63,967 bases of DNA, filler included, from Octopus bimaculoides (GCF_001194135.2; 7 parts of 6 records of this genome joined end to end with filler, not necessarily neighbours in it); one strand, 5' to 3'. Positions 49,795-63,862 are shown, counted from the whole stretch's first letter. The notes: a model not told the origin generated them from the sequence alone. Translations and numbers: made by a program.

Positions 49795-51361
49795 AGGCAC
49801 ACCCAAACACATAGACAAGCACACACACAGAGGAATACCCGAACACATAGTTAAGCACGCACGCACACAAACACACACACACACACTCACATACACACAC
49901 ACACACACAGAGCAGACATGATAATATACCCGTGTAGACCAATAGTAAATACAAAAAAAAAAAACCGTTAATTGTGATAAATTTATTTAGCCAATATTTC
50001 ACAAACAAGACCAAAACGTTTCAATAATATAAAATTGAAAAAATCAGCCACACCATAGAATGAAAGAAAGTTGTAGTGAAAGAGTACAGCACGGTTCGCC
50101 ACTACCCTCTGCCGGGGCCTTGTGGAGTTTTAGCTGTTTTTGCTCATTAAACACTCACAACGCGCGGTCTGGGAATCGAAACCGGGATCCTGCAACAGCG
50201 AGTCCGCTGCCTCAAACACTGGGCCAGCGCGCCTCCACATGTGTGTGTATATGTGTATTGTAAATGTGGAATAATTCATTCTAACACTTCTTGCAAACAA
50301 GAGGATGTAGTCACATATCTAAAACAGAACACTGTGAAATCTGGCATTAAAACTCATGTTAATAATAATATAATTTACTGTTAGAAACAAAACGAAATTA
50401 TATTTGACATTATTAAAATTTTTCGGAAATTTTGACATTCATTTTTTCCTTGGTTTTTGTAAGGATTATTAATTAAAATTTAAAATAGCTTACATGAAAA
50501 CTAATGTATATTTCTTTCAAATAGAATCGGAACTGAAAAACAAAAACTGTGCCATTTCTATTGTAAATGTAGGATTTTTCATCAATATTTTAATCTTTAA
50601 TTCAAGAGTTAAATGTGCTGTGAAAACTTTTCAATACCGCATTTATTATTAATGAAATGATACAGGTATACATAAAATTATGAATTCACATATATATCAA
50701 CACATTCGTATACTCTACCGAGTCATATATAAATTTGTATGTCTGTGTGTGTGTGTGTGTGTGTGTATGTACGCATGCATTTATTTGTGTGTGAGTGTAT
50801 ATCAGCATATAAACATTCATACGCACCTACATACATATGTACATATATGTACATATATATGCATCTATTTGTGTGTGAGTGTATATCTGCATATAAACAT
50901 TCAAACGCACCTACATACATATATATATACATGTATGTAGGTGCATATGAATGTTTATATATATATTTATATTTATGTATATGTATGTATATATGCATCT
51001 ATAAATACATACACACATGCATAAACAGATAGGCAGACACACAAAGGCATATATCTATGCCCAAATGCATGTATATTGTGTATGTTTCTCAACATTCGTA
51101 TACTACAAGTCAGTAAATAAATTTGTATATCTATCTATACATGAACATTATGTTCTAATGTGTCACTGTGTTGTCCATCAAGCAATCAAACAATCCATCC
51201 ATCCATCTATCTATCTATTTGAAAGAAATATACATTTTTTTTCTTCCCGCGATCCCTTTTGATCGAAATTATCCCCCCCCCCCCAAGAAAAGCTCTACTT
51301 TGTAATTTGTCCATTTTCTGTATTTAGCCCTGTGTGGCTATAATAAAAAGATATCTATCTA

Positions 51362-51392
<31 letters not shown>

Positions 51393-51398
51393 TTCTGC

Positions 51399-51479
<81 letters not shown>

Positions 51480-53101
51480 AATCTATCTATCTATCTATCT
51501 ATCTCTCTGTCTATTTACCTACTTATCTATCTCTCTACCTATCTGTCTATGTATGTATGCATATATATACGTATGTATGCAGGTATATATGTATGTATCT
51601 ATCTATCTATTTATTAATCCGTCCCTCTCCACTTATTTACATACGCACGCATACGTACACACACACTCAAACACACGCATACAAACGCATGCTCGCACAT
51701 ATATACTTACACAAACAAAATCGCACGCACACATATATATACACACATTTACTTTTATCATCTATTTTTCTCTTTATTATAGAATTTTAATATGAAATTG
51801 TTTCCCAATATATATGCCTAGTTTAGGCTAATTTATTATGTAATCATTATGTTAAAGGGAAACACAGCGATTGTATGTGCTCACACACACATAAACGGAA
51901 TGTTTTAAAATTAAATGCGTTATGTCATAATGAAGATTAGCATGTTAACAAACGTGTAACAACTTACAAATGAACCCACTTATGTTATGCTGTTGTATCT
52001 TCAATTATTTGTATAGCTTGGCAAGTAGATAGACAATCAAATGAGAGACAATTTTAACATGAAGAAGATACTCCTACTGTGATGAAGTGGTTTTAAATTC
52101 GCTTGTTATATCCACATAATTCTATAATAACTGTAGCGTATATCTCACCCAATTCAATATTAAGTTATCTGCAATTAAAAGCTATTTGGCCAGTAAATAT
52201 TCATGTGTCAAAATATCCTTCAGACATACACTATCATCACAAAATGCCAAAATATGTAAAAGTAACTGAAATTCAAATGCGAGGAACGTAAACATGCGCA
52301 CCTTTCTTTCGTCTTCTTTTAATCGTTTCGATCATTAGACTGCGACCATGCTGAGATAACACATTCAGGTGTTTAACCTAACAAATTGAAACACGTACAT
52401 TTTTCTACTTTTTTTAGTTTTATTCTATTTATTCTATCCTACCCCCTTGCTGAAACGTTAGCTTACAAGAACGTAAACAAACAATACTGGTTGTTTAAAG
52501 GGGGTGGGGTGGCAAACACACACTCACACATTCGGCAGGGCTCTTCAGAGTTATGTACCAAGTTCACTCACAATGTATTGGTCGCCCCAGGGCTATTATA
52601 GAAGAGACTTAAGCCTGAAGATGAAACTACGTAGGTGCAAAGCGATCTTTTTAACCGCACGCCCTTGGCATTGATAATGCTTTTACAGAAATGTACTGCA
52701 AATCCCTGATAACATATCTTGCCCATTGTTAGTCAAACATTACATACGATAGATTCAGTCAGCGTAAAAATAAATGTTTCAAAATGTTGCGGGGATCGTT
52801 AAAGCCAAGGAAAAGAAAAAAAAAAACGCATACAATAGACTTATATTACTACAACTGATATGGAAGCAGTTTGGTAGAACGGGTGTTGATAAGCATGGCA
52901 AAGCGTGAAACAAAGGAGAGTGAGATTAATTATATCACTGGTTAAATATTATTGTTTTTTGTTCTGTGTTGGGTTATAATCACTATACTTTTTGCTAGCA
53001 AGTCTGTAATTAATATAGTCTTATAAAAAAATCATATGCTCTTTTTTGTTTTCCAAACTTATTTTCGTTCACATACATATAAGCATACACACACAAGTAC
53101 G

Positions 53102-53150
<49 letters not shown>

Positions 53151-53164
53151 CTTGGATAAACTTA

Positions 53165-53960
53165 TAGGTTTTCTAAATCCTTTTAAAGTCAAGTTTTGTG
53201 GTATCATAGCCCATTCAAGTAGTGGGGTCTTGTTGAGTGAGTTGTATCCAAGTATAGGTGACTTATCTGGTATTCCTTGATGGAATTTGTCCAGATTCCG
53301 TTTAAAAGTGATGGGATCCTTCTCCTCTTTGATATGTTTCAGGACAATGTTACGTAGGGCAGAGCATGCTGAGGAAAAGGAACTGTGTTGCAGTACATTC
53401 ATGTGTTGTGATTCTGAATTGTGTAAGGTGTGTATGGCTCATTGGTGAGTTCTGAAACTAATGTTGAGGACATTTGAGCAATGCAGGTGTTATATTCTCT
53501 ACATTGTGCAAAAGATGTAACGTTCACAACGGTGCGAGAAAGAATACAGTTACAATGTTTTAATGCGGTCTCAATAATCGTGATCAGTGAAGTCCTTAAT
53601 TCTTTTAGTGATGGTCCTGGGAGGTGATTCAATTTTCTAAATACTTTGATTTGTGTCAGGAGACCACACAATGCAGCAGTATTCCAGGTGTGGCCGTACA
53701 ACGGAGGAGAAAAGAGGAGAAAAGTGTCATGATGACACCTTGTTGTCTGGACCGGAAGGTTCTTAGGTTGCAGAAGCTCACCTTACGAGCTATATCGACT
53801 TTATTGCTGAGATTGTTGTCAATAATTACACATAGGTCTCTGATATTATTAAATGATGTGTGTGGTTACCCTGAGGGAACAGAATATTTATTCGTACATA
53901 ACAGCATATATAAACAGCTCGAGGTAATGCTGTAATGCAATCTCTGTGACTGGTGAAAGC
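53165..53960 (-). mobile_element. CR1-like LINE 3' fragment, decayed
   Basis: NNIRDLCVIIDNNLS, a PHLEYCCIVWSP-like segment, and FKRNLDKF..IPDKSPILGY. Confidence 0.75.
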
Positions 53961-54583
53961 GCCATAAGAAACTCGAAATCGTGATAACATTTACTGTTGG
54001 AATCTTTCCTTTCGTTACTGACTATAAAACCGACATAGAGAGCAAGTCTTGAAATAACGATTACAATTAAAAATGAATTAATTTTTTTTATGTTCCAAAT
54101 TGTGTTACATAATTTTGCACTCAAAGTAATTGCCCATCCCAATATCTTTTATTTTTATTTTGTCTCTAAATATTTCCTATAAGAGTCTAATGACTGTTCA
54201 CTACGGATGACAATGATGCTGATCGTAATGAGATTAATAATTGTAATGGTGGTTTTGATGTTGCGGATGACGATTATGTTTATGATGCTGAAATTGACGA
54301 TTGTTTTTATGATGGTGATGGAATTGGTGTAGTGTTTGTGGTGAGGGTGTAATGAAATGATGATGCGTATGTATGATACAGATAATGCTATAATGATGGG
54401 GCGACGATGATTATAAGGATGTAATACGCAAGATGTCGGTACACTCTTAACAATCTTGTGGAGGACACGATAGCTTTGACGGTGTTGCGATGACACTGAT
54501 GTTGAATATATTAAGAGATAAGATGAAGAAGTGTATGTAGTAAAGATAAATAAGAGATAATACACACTGTGTCTATCTGTCTG

Positions 54584-54638
<55 letters not shown>

Positions 54639-54859
54639 GTCTGTCTGTATGTCTGTCTGACTGTCTGTCTGTCTATCTATCTGTATGTCTGCCTACCTGT
54701 CTGTCTGTCTTTGTGGAGAGAAGTTTGATTCACAAACACATGGTTCCGAGTCCAGTCCCACTGTATCACAACTTAGACAAAGCTCTTCTACTCTAGCTTC
54801 GGGCCGACCACAAGCCCTTTTGAGTGGATTTGACAGATGGAAACTGAAAGAAGCCCGTC

Positions 54860-54901
<42 letters not shown>

Positions 54902-54981
54902 NNNNNNNNNNNNNNNNNNNNNNNNNNNNNNNNNNNNNNNNNNNNTTAATTAATTAANNNNNNNNNNNNNNNNNNNNNNNN

Positions 54982-55650
54982 NNNNNNNNNNNNNNNNNNN
55001 NCATACATACACATATTTACATACACACATGCAGAATACATACATATATGCATGCATGCATATATACATACCTACATATATACCCACAGACTCATATACA
55101 TACACACACATAATAACATATATACATACCTACATACACACACATACATATATACATAAATATACACACATATACATACAGACATACATATATATACATA
55201 CACACACACATACATACATACACACACATATACATACATACACACACGCATACATACATACACATATACACACATACATACACACACACACACATGCACA
55301 TACACACACATACATACATACACACACTTCTCATCACTCTGCGACATTCTGAGCAACACTACAGCTGCTAAAATACATGACTAAAAATCAAATTCCATGA
55401 TATCATTAGTCAAAAGCAGACAACATTGAACACTTGCATGCAACAGAGGTGTGCATATATATGTATATATATAGCTATCATAAATCTGTCTTTCTGCCTA
55501 CCTATTTACCCAACTGTCTGTCCGTCTATCTTTCTGTCCATCCCTCTATCTATTTGTCTATATATCTATCTATCTATCTATCCAGTAATCTGTCTATCCG
55601 TCTATCCATTTTTTGATTTATTTATCTATCAATCTATACATCTCTGCTGT

Positions 55651-55685
<35 letters not shown>

Positions 55686-55800
55686 CACACACCCACCCAA
55701 TTATATATATATATATATATACTGTATACAATATATATACATATATAGATAGATAGAAAGATATAGATATATACCTATAGATAAATATAAATATATATAC

Positions 55801-55834
<34 letters not shown>

Positions 55835-56132
55835 NNNNNNNNNNCACACACACACACACACACATGCACAAATGAATTATATGTCTCAGACCTGTGCCGC
55901 TTGCTGTCAAATGATTATTCATGAATTCTCAACACGTTAAGATATATATATATACACTCATATTTATATATACACTCATATTTATATATGCACACATATT
56001 TATATACACACATATTTATATATACACATATTTATATATACACACTCATATATAAATATATATATATTTATATATACAGATATATACACATTGTCATACA
56101 TACACACTCTAAATCTCACACACACACATACA

Positions 56133-56168
<36 letters not shown>

Positions 56169-57960
56169 TATATAATATATATACATACACACATAAATAC
56201 AAAAAGATATTTATACACATATAAATACATCTATTTATACACGCACATACACACATATAACTTAGGGATTGAAATTTGTAACGATCCCCAAAGCTGAACA
56301 TCATTGCATCATCCCTAAAGATCACGCCCTCCCGATCTAGTGTAGGGACTCAATGCTGTAACACCTTAGGCCTCAAGGCCCCAACTTTTCAACACTGCCA
56401 AACTACCTCAAAGATCTACAAGGAGTAGATGTGGATATTTACAAAGAACCTTTGGACTAGTTTTTTTATCTGAAATACCAGATGCGCCCACATTGTGCCA
56501 GGAAAAACAAGAAAGAGCAACTTTGTCGAACTTGTTACTTCACCAAGAACAGTTCAGAAGTGGGAGCCAGGGAAAACTGCGGTGCCCCAGCATGACCGCA
56601 GCTTCCGGTTGGAGCCAGCAAAAGGAAAAATAATATACGTATATATATATATATGTATAGCCTAACCTCAGATATGGTTGATTAGTGTATACTTGTGACT
56701 GGAAATATATCCTAATTAACATTACAGAGAAAAGTTGAATGGTTTAACTGTTCTACATCTATCACACATATACATACATATATATACATACATACATACA
56801 TACATATATACAGACATATATATACATACATACATATATACATACATATATACTTACATATATACATACATACATACATATATACATACATACATACATA
56901 TATACATACATATATACATACATACATATATACATACATACATATATACGTACATACATACATATATATACATACATATATAAATACATATATACATACA
57001 TATATTCATACATACATATATACATNNNNNNNNNNNNNNNNNNNNNNNNNNNNNNNNNNNNNNNNNNNNNNNNNNNNNNNNNNNNNNNNNNNNNNNNNNN
57101 NNNNNNNNNNNNNNNNNNNNNNNNNNNNNNNNNNNNNNNNNNNNNNNNNNNNNNNNNNNNNNNNNNNNNNNNNNNNNNNNNNNNNNNNNNNNNNNNNNNN
57201 NNNNNNNNNNNNNNNNNNNNNNNNNNNNNNNNNNNNNNNNNNNNNNNNNNNNNNNNNNNNNNNNNNNNNNNNNNNNNNNNNNNNNNNNNNNNNNNNNNNN
57301 NNNNNNNNNNNNNNNNNNNNNNNNNNNNNNNNNNNNNNNNNNNNNNNNNNNNNNNNNNNNNNNNNNNNNNNNNNNNNNNNNNNNNNNNNNNNNNNNNNNN
57401 NNNNNNNNNNNNNNNNNNNNNNNNNNNNNNNNNNNNNNNNNNNNNNNNNNNNNNNNNNNNNNNNNNNNNNNNNNNNNNNNNNNNNNNNNNNNNNNNNNNN
57501 NNNNNNNNNNNNNNNNNNNNNNNNNNNNNNNNNNNNNNNNNNNNNNNNNNNNNNNNNNNNNNNNNNNNNNNNNNNNNNNNNNNNNNNNNNNNNNNNNNNN
57601 NNNNNNNNNNNNNNNNNNNNNNNNNNNNNNNNNNNNNNNNNNNNNNNNNNNNNNNNNNNNNNNNNNNNNNNNNNNNNNNNNNNNNNNNNNNNNNNNNNNN
57701 NNNNNNNNNNNNNNNNNNNNNNNNNNNNNNNNNNNNNNNNNNNNNNNNNNNNNNNNACATACATTCATACATACTTACATTCATACACACATACATACAT
57801 ATATACACACATTCGTACATATATGTACACACATACATACATCCATCCATCCATCCATACATACATTCATACATATATGTATACATACAAACATTCATTC
57901 ACATACATCCATACACACATACAGACATACACACATACAGACATACATGCATGCATAGAC
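54982..57960. repeat. Compound (CATA)n/(TA)n/(CA)n/(CTAT)n microsatellite field
   Basis: Read directly; source of many spurious YIHT/MYV ORFs. Confidence 0.95.
56265..56520 (+). mobile_element. CR1-like LINE 3' fragment
   Basis: Decayed GPQLFNTLP...LQGVDVDIF...FLSEIPD-like reading. Confidence 0.55.
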
Positions 57961-58439
57961 AAATATGTACGCATGTGAATAAGAGCATAGGCATGGGTGT
58001 ATGCAACGAGACCTCTTCTAACACACCAACTCAACCACATATTTACAAAGAGTGGGATCTTTCTTAACCCTTAAAAGCCTTATTACTTTGTTAACGACTG
58101 GCTTGAACTCCCTGAAGAAGAACTTAAATATACTCAAAGAACGCCCCCCCCTCCCTACACACACATCAATATACATACATACACATATGTATATACATAC
58201 ATATACAAACATACTACATTTTAACCTGTTTCAGGAACCCTTTTTTGTCAAAAATTAGGATTAAAAAAATGGGAGTTTCTTCTACATGGACAGTATTATA
58301 ATCCCTTACAAAACCTTTTTTTTCCCCAAATTTTAAGCCCCAAAAATTAGGGGTTCCTTCTACACAAGGGTTCCCTGTACACTTTAAAATACAGTACATA
58401 CATACATACATATATATATTTATCAATAAAGGATCAAAG

Positions 58440-58675
58440 GTCCTTCGCATGACATAGGCTCATGCGGCCTATTTCCCAGATTCTGTGACACATTTATTCT
58501 CCCCCTGGATAGGACGCCAGTCTATCTCAGGATTATTCACTTTTACCAGCTGAATGGACTGGAGCAATATAAAATGATATGTTTTGCTCAAGGACACAGC
58601 ACATCACATGGTGCATGAACTGTAACCACAACCTTACTGTTATGTCCACAACACCCTAACCACTAAACCAAACCC
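58440..58675 (-). mobile_element. SINE-like repeat
   Basis: GGATAGGACGCCAGTC...TTGCTCAAGGACAC...CCCTAACCACT; tRNA-like head on the minus strand. Confidence 0.5.
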
Positions 58676-58683
58676 CTTCATTC

Positions 58684-58717
<34 letters not shown>

Positions 58718-59029
58718 ATGTAAGAAAAAAGGATTATTTTATGAACTTCATTAGCTTACAGTTGTTTCTGCTATAGAATGCAGTGGACTCATAGTTGTGG
58801 ACTCATATGAAACCTTACAGTTTCATATATATATACTTACTCACACACGCACACATATATATATATATAAACATATACATACATACATATACATATACAC
58901 ATATATATATATATATATATATATAGGTTCAAAAAAGAAAAACGACAAAAAAAACAACAAAAAAAGAACAACGCAAGGACGTGATACGGATATTGTGTTA
59001 CTGGACGCTCGGGAAAGGAAAGAAAGAGA

Positions 59030-59064
59030 ATTTGACGTTTCGAGCGGAACTCTTCGTCGGAAAC
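59030..59064 (-). ncRNA. Minimal type-I hammerhead motif, variant core CCGACGA
   Basis: GTTT-CCGACGA-A-GAG(TTCCG)CTC-GAAA-C-GTC-AAAT. Confidence 0.55.
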
Positions 59065-59138
59065 ATAGGAAAGTCCAAAGAAGGGAAAAGCGGAGGAAGA
59101 AAAATCGCCAACGGTATCCACGAGGTTACATTGTGGAA

Positions 59139-59223
<85 letters not shown>

Positions 59224-59331
59224 CAAAGTAAGCACATAAATGTGAAGCAAGGTGGGGGGAAAATAGTACTCGAACACCAGAGGTGGACTAATATGCTTCA
59301 TTGATATTAAAACAGCAAAAACATCACAAAA

Positions 59332-59373
59332 AAACTGCTACTTAGTGTCACATTCCCGTTCATCGGACAGTTT
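59332..59373 (-). ncRNA. Degenerate hammerhead-like motif, core CCGAUGA
   Basis: AAACTGT-CCGATGA...GACAC-TAA-GTA-GCAGTTT; 7-bp stem I, but GAAA reads GACA and stem II is weak. Confidence 0.35.
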
Positions 59374-59646
59374 ATATATATATATATAGGTTCAAAAAAA
59401 GACAAAAAACAACAACGTGAGGACGTGATATGGATAGTGTTACTAGACGCTCGGGAATATAGATATATATACATATGTATGTATAGGTATATATACATAT
59501 GAATATATAAATACACAGATACATTCACACATACATACATACACGCACATAGAATTTCATACAATTTCACTGATAAACCTAGGGACCCTGTTTGTGACCA
59601 ACAAGTGAGAATGTATCTCAAACATTACCTAAAACGTTGTTTTCAC

Positions 59647-60102
59647 ATGGTCTCGCCAATCACCTGGCTGTGGTCAATGTTGTCTTTGGTGGTGGCCACC
59701 ATCTGTACCTCCAGCCTTTTCCAGCCGTTCTGGTTCCTAAACCTTGATTTTACTCACTCGTTCGGAATGTTGGCCTACTGCCATTTAGATCAAACTACAA
59801 ACTCAGATTATCTGCAGCAAATCCCACAATGTGCCTCTCCTGGACTTCATGTGTCTTCTACGGTTCCCAGGACACTTACCATCCCTGTGACCTCTGCCTC
59901 TCCTGAGAGCCCTTCGTCGCCTACTGTCTCCAAATCTTTTGCTCATCCTGGGACTTCTGTTACTCCTGTGGCACTTGTAGCCCACACCATTCACTCCATG
60001 CCAGTGTGTCATAACTACGGCGGCGTGATGTTACTGGGTAAGTTACCAACCCTTTCCTGGCAGGTTGCTGCAGGGCTGTATGGATCAGGTTGCTTCTTGA
60101 CA
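59647..60102 (+). CDS. First coding exon of an LHFPL-family tetraspan (L_HMGIC_fpl, TMEM211/LHFPL7-like); truncated by a gap; alternative ATG at 59611
   Basis: MVSPITWLWSMLSLVVATICTSSLFQPFWF (TM1 plus P-x-W), SFGMLAYC, then CHNYGG...LPTLSWQVAAGLYGSGCFL (W-Q/K-x-A-A start of TM2). This pattern matches the family from memory. Candidate acceptor AAACCTAG at 59576-59583. Confidence 0.8.
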
Positions 60103-63100
60103 NNNNNNNNNNNNNNNNNNNNNNNNNNNNNNNNNNNNNNNNNNNNTTAATTAATTAANNNNNNNNNNNNNNNNNNNNNNNNNNNNNNNNNNNNNNNNNN
60201 NNAAATATTAAAGTTATAAGTAGCGGCTGGAATTTTGCCATTAAAATCTAGGTACAACTTATGGATTAATTATAATGAAGAGTTAATTATAACTTGTAGT
60301 ACAGTACAGTACAATATGGTGTGTTATTAGATCTTAAAGCAGGCTATATAAGTGTATAACTTGACAATAATAATTGTAGGTCTTGAATAAAATACTAGAG
60401 ATAGGATGGCACACTGTGGGTCTCCATTAAGGTGAGAATTGTTTATAATTTATAACATGGAGTCCATAGAATATAATAATTATAGCAAACAATATTAATA
60501 TGTAAAAATATAACTTAAATATAAAACATGTGGGTTTTGAAAAAATTCCTAGAAGTAATTATTCCTATTGCAATTGAAATTTTTTATTATTTATGATTTA
60601 TTTATGGCTCATATTTTATGATACTATGTAGTATAATATTGGATTTTAAGGCAGGCATATCAATGTAAAATTTACCAGTAGTAATTGTGGGCTTTGCAGT
60701 GACCCCTAAAATAATATAATTTATGTGTCTTGAATAATTAATAATAAATAAGAGAAATTTTAGTAATTTTTAGTAATTATTAGTAATAATTGTAATAGTC
60801 ATAGAATATGGCAAGGCGTTACCTCTCCTATTGGAAGTATATATATAAACAGAATGGATTTCGTATTAGACCGGATAACGTTAAAAAAGAGTGTGGTATA
60901 GATTTAAATTTTAAATTTGATTTTGTTCGATTAATTCATTATGTGTTTCTTGGGGTTTTTTTGTTCTAAAGAAAATTATTCCTGATGACGTGTATGACAA
61001 CTGATATATTTGACTTATATTTAATGGTTAANNNNNNNNNNNNNNNNNNNNNNNNNNNNNNNNNNNNNNNNNNNNNNNNNNNNNNNNNNNNNNNNNNNNN
61101 NNNNNNNNNNNNNNNNNNNNNNNNNNNNNNNNNNNNNNNNNNNNNNNNNNNNNNNNNNNNNNNNNNNNNNNNNNNNNNNNNNNNNNNNNNNNNNNNNNNN
61201 NNNNNNNNNNNNNNNNNNNNNNNNNNNNNNNNNNNNNNNNNNNNNNNNNNNNNNNNNNNNNNNNNNNNNNNNNNNNNNNNNNNNNNNNNNNNNNNNNNNN
61301 NNNNNNNNNNNNNNNNNNNNNNNNNNNNNNNNNNNNNNNNNNNNNNNNNNNNNNNNNNNNNNNNNNNNNNNNNNNNNNNNNNNNNNNNNNNNNNNNNNNN
61401 NNNNNNNNNNNNNNNNNNNNNNNNNNNNNNNNNNNNNNNNNNNNNNNNNNNNNNNNNNNNNNNNNNNNNNNNNNNNNNNNNNNNNNNNNNNNNNNNNNNN
61501 NNNNNNNNNNNNNNNNNNNNNNNNNNNNNNNNNNNNNNNNNNNNNNNNNNNNNNNNNNNNNNNNNNNNNNNNNNNNNNNNNNNNNNNNNNNNNNNNNNNN
61601 NNNNNNNNNNNNNNNNNNNNNNNNNNNNNNNNNNNNNNNNNNNNNNNNNNNNNNNNNNNNNNNNNNNNNNNNNNNNNNNNNNNNNNNNNNNNNNNNNNNN
61701 NNNNNNNNNNNNNNNNNNNNNNNNNNNNNNNNNNNNNNNNNNNNNNNNNNNNNNNNNNNNNNNNNNNNNNNNNNNNNNNNNNNNNNNNNNNNNNNNAAAG
61801 ATTTCTCTAAAATATTTTCCTTTATGTGGTTTTAATACACATGACTACAGCCAAATCACACATATATTGCCTTCTTTCCATTGATCTAACGATCATATGT
61901 TTCATGAGAAGGTTTAATGAGAAGGAAACAAGCCAAATATTATCCCCACTGCTTACCAACGGATCAAGCCATCCTTCTCCTCACGACATAAGTTCCTATT
62001 AACTTTAATTCAATATTCTGAGGGAGACATCGTCTTTAAGTAAAAATATTTTTATTTCTTTCACTTGCCTTTCAATGTCTTCGGCAGTGTTTAATATTAT
62101 GTTAAACCTCCCTGGATGCACGGATGGTTTTGAATTCATTGAAGCTATTGTACTTCATTGCATTCAATGCTGTACAGTATATTTGGAACGTCGTCGTTAT
62201 AATTCATTATTGGAACTGGTTTCAATGGTTTTATTGAGTAGTTAATGATTTTTCACTGTTACAGAATAGTGAGCTTTTATTGTGGTCGTAGCTTTTGTGG
62301 TGACACTGGTAAACATCTGGTCTGTGTGCGTGCATATGTNNNNNNNNNNNNNNNNNNNNNNNNNNNNNNNNNNNNNNNNNNNNTTAATTAATTAANNNNN
62401 NNNNNNNNNNNNNNNNNNNNNNNNNNNNNNNNNNNNNNNACGCTGCGTTCAATCATGTAAAAACAAAAGTAAATGAGTATATACACACACGCACATACAC
62501 ACACACATATATACACTTATGTTTATATTCCTACGAGACACACTCCCACAATTAGACACATACGCACACACCTACACTCACCAGGACTATATCAGAAACA
62601 CGTACAGTGGTTGCAAAAGAAAACGTATGATTGAATTAAATAAGCCCGCGACGTGTGTGTGTGTAAGACGGCATAACATGAAGGTAGGAGGTGGCTTAAC
62701 CCTGTGAAACTTATAATGCTGTTTGGATCTTGAGGTGATGAACGAATAAATAGCTTTCACATGGCAACTATCAAATACAGGCTAAATTCAAATTAGCAAT
62801 GTTGTCTATGTGACTTTACGAACTGACTTAAAAGTATTTCTTCTTTTTCCCTTTCTGCCTTCCATACATTTCGTAATTGATATAACTGCGGGATATGCTT
62901 GTACACACTCGCTCATTGATTCCCAACGACACGAGATACGTTTCAAATTTCAGTGCGAGGGCAGTAATTTTGGGAAGACGGCTGAAGTGAAATTATATCG
63001 ATTTTTTTTCCTGTATACGTAACTGGTACGTATTTTATCGATTTCGAAACGATGAAAAGTAAAAACGATATCTTACCGTGAATTGAACTCGAAACTACAG

Positions 63101-63491
63101 ATCTAGTTAAAATTAATTCACAAAATCAGCCCCCTCTAGTCTTGCTCAGCTTGCTTTTAGTTTTGGTGTATCGATGCAAATCTGAATTTTGATTACGATC
63201 AACCAATTACTTTATATCGTAAGTTAAAGAATCTGATGTTATTTGGAATTAAATTTGGGAAAATTTGGGCAATTTTAGCCAATCAACAGACAGCGAAGCA
63301 TTAACTGCTTGTTACCATTACAACCACGCGTTGTGCTGCGTTTCACTTCACCCAAGTTGTCTTGAATATTCACATTACGAGATTTACATCAACCGCGTGT
63401 TTTGTCTTTATAAAAATTTATATTTATCTATCAGAATTAAATTGGTTTCAACTAATCCTTTATAAATTTCTAATAATAATCCTTTCTACTA

Positions 63492-63685
63492 TAGGCACAA
63501 AGCCCGAAATTGAGTGTGGGGGGAGGGGACTAGTTGATTAAATCGCCCCCCCCCCCACTGTTTCACTGGTATTTAATTTATCGACCCCGAAAGGATAAAA
63601 GGCAAAGTCGAACTCAGCGGAATTTGAACTCAGAACGTAACGGCTGACGAAATACCGCTAAGCATTTTGNNNNNNNNNNCAGCTC
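63492..63685 (-). mobile_element. SINE-like family A
   Basis: Reverse complement of the family A consensus. Confidence 0.78.
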
Positions 63686-63694
63686 ACAGCCTAA

Positions 63695-63713
63695 TTTATA
63701 ATAATAATAATAA

Positions 63714-63744
<31 letters not shown>

Positions 63745-63862
63745 AATAATAGTAATAATAATAATGATAATTATTATTATTATTATTATTACCGTTATCA
63801 TTATTATTACTGCTATTATTATTACTAATATCATTATTATTATTATCATTATTATTATTATT
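63695..63862. repeat. (TAA)n switching to (TTA)n microsatellite
   Basis: Read directly. Confidence 0.95.

Larger units (their letters stand above)
58926..59460 (-). mobile_element. Tandem short Penelope/retrozyme-like units separated by (TA)n
   Basis: GGTTCAAAAAA...GGACGTGATA.GGATA.TGT..TACT.GACGCTCGGGAA occurs at 58926 and 59389; two hammerhead-like motifs. Confidence 0.6.

Noticed and set aside
40564-57898. Many long ORFs of CV, YI, HT and MYV repeats or X runs
   Set aside because: Translations of microsatellites and N gaps.
58018-58212. Possible GIY-YIG/Penelope coding remnant
   Set aside because: Resemblance too weak; no diagnostic motif.
8569-62395. Recurrent TTAATTAATTAA 12-mer, superficially like a regularly spaced repeat or binding site
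   Set aside because: Always centred in N runs forming a 100-nt spacer; an assembly artefact.
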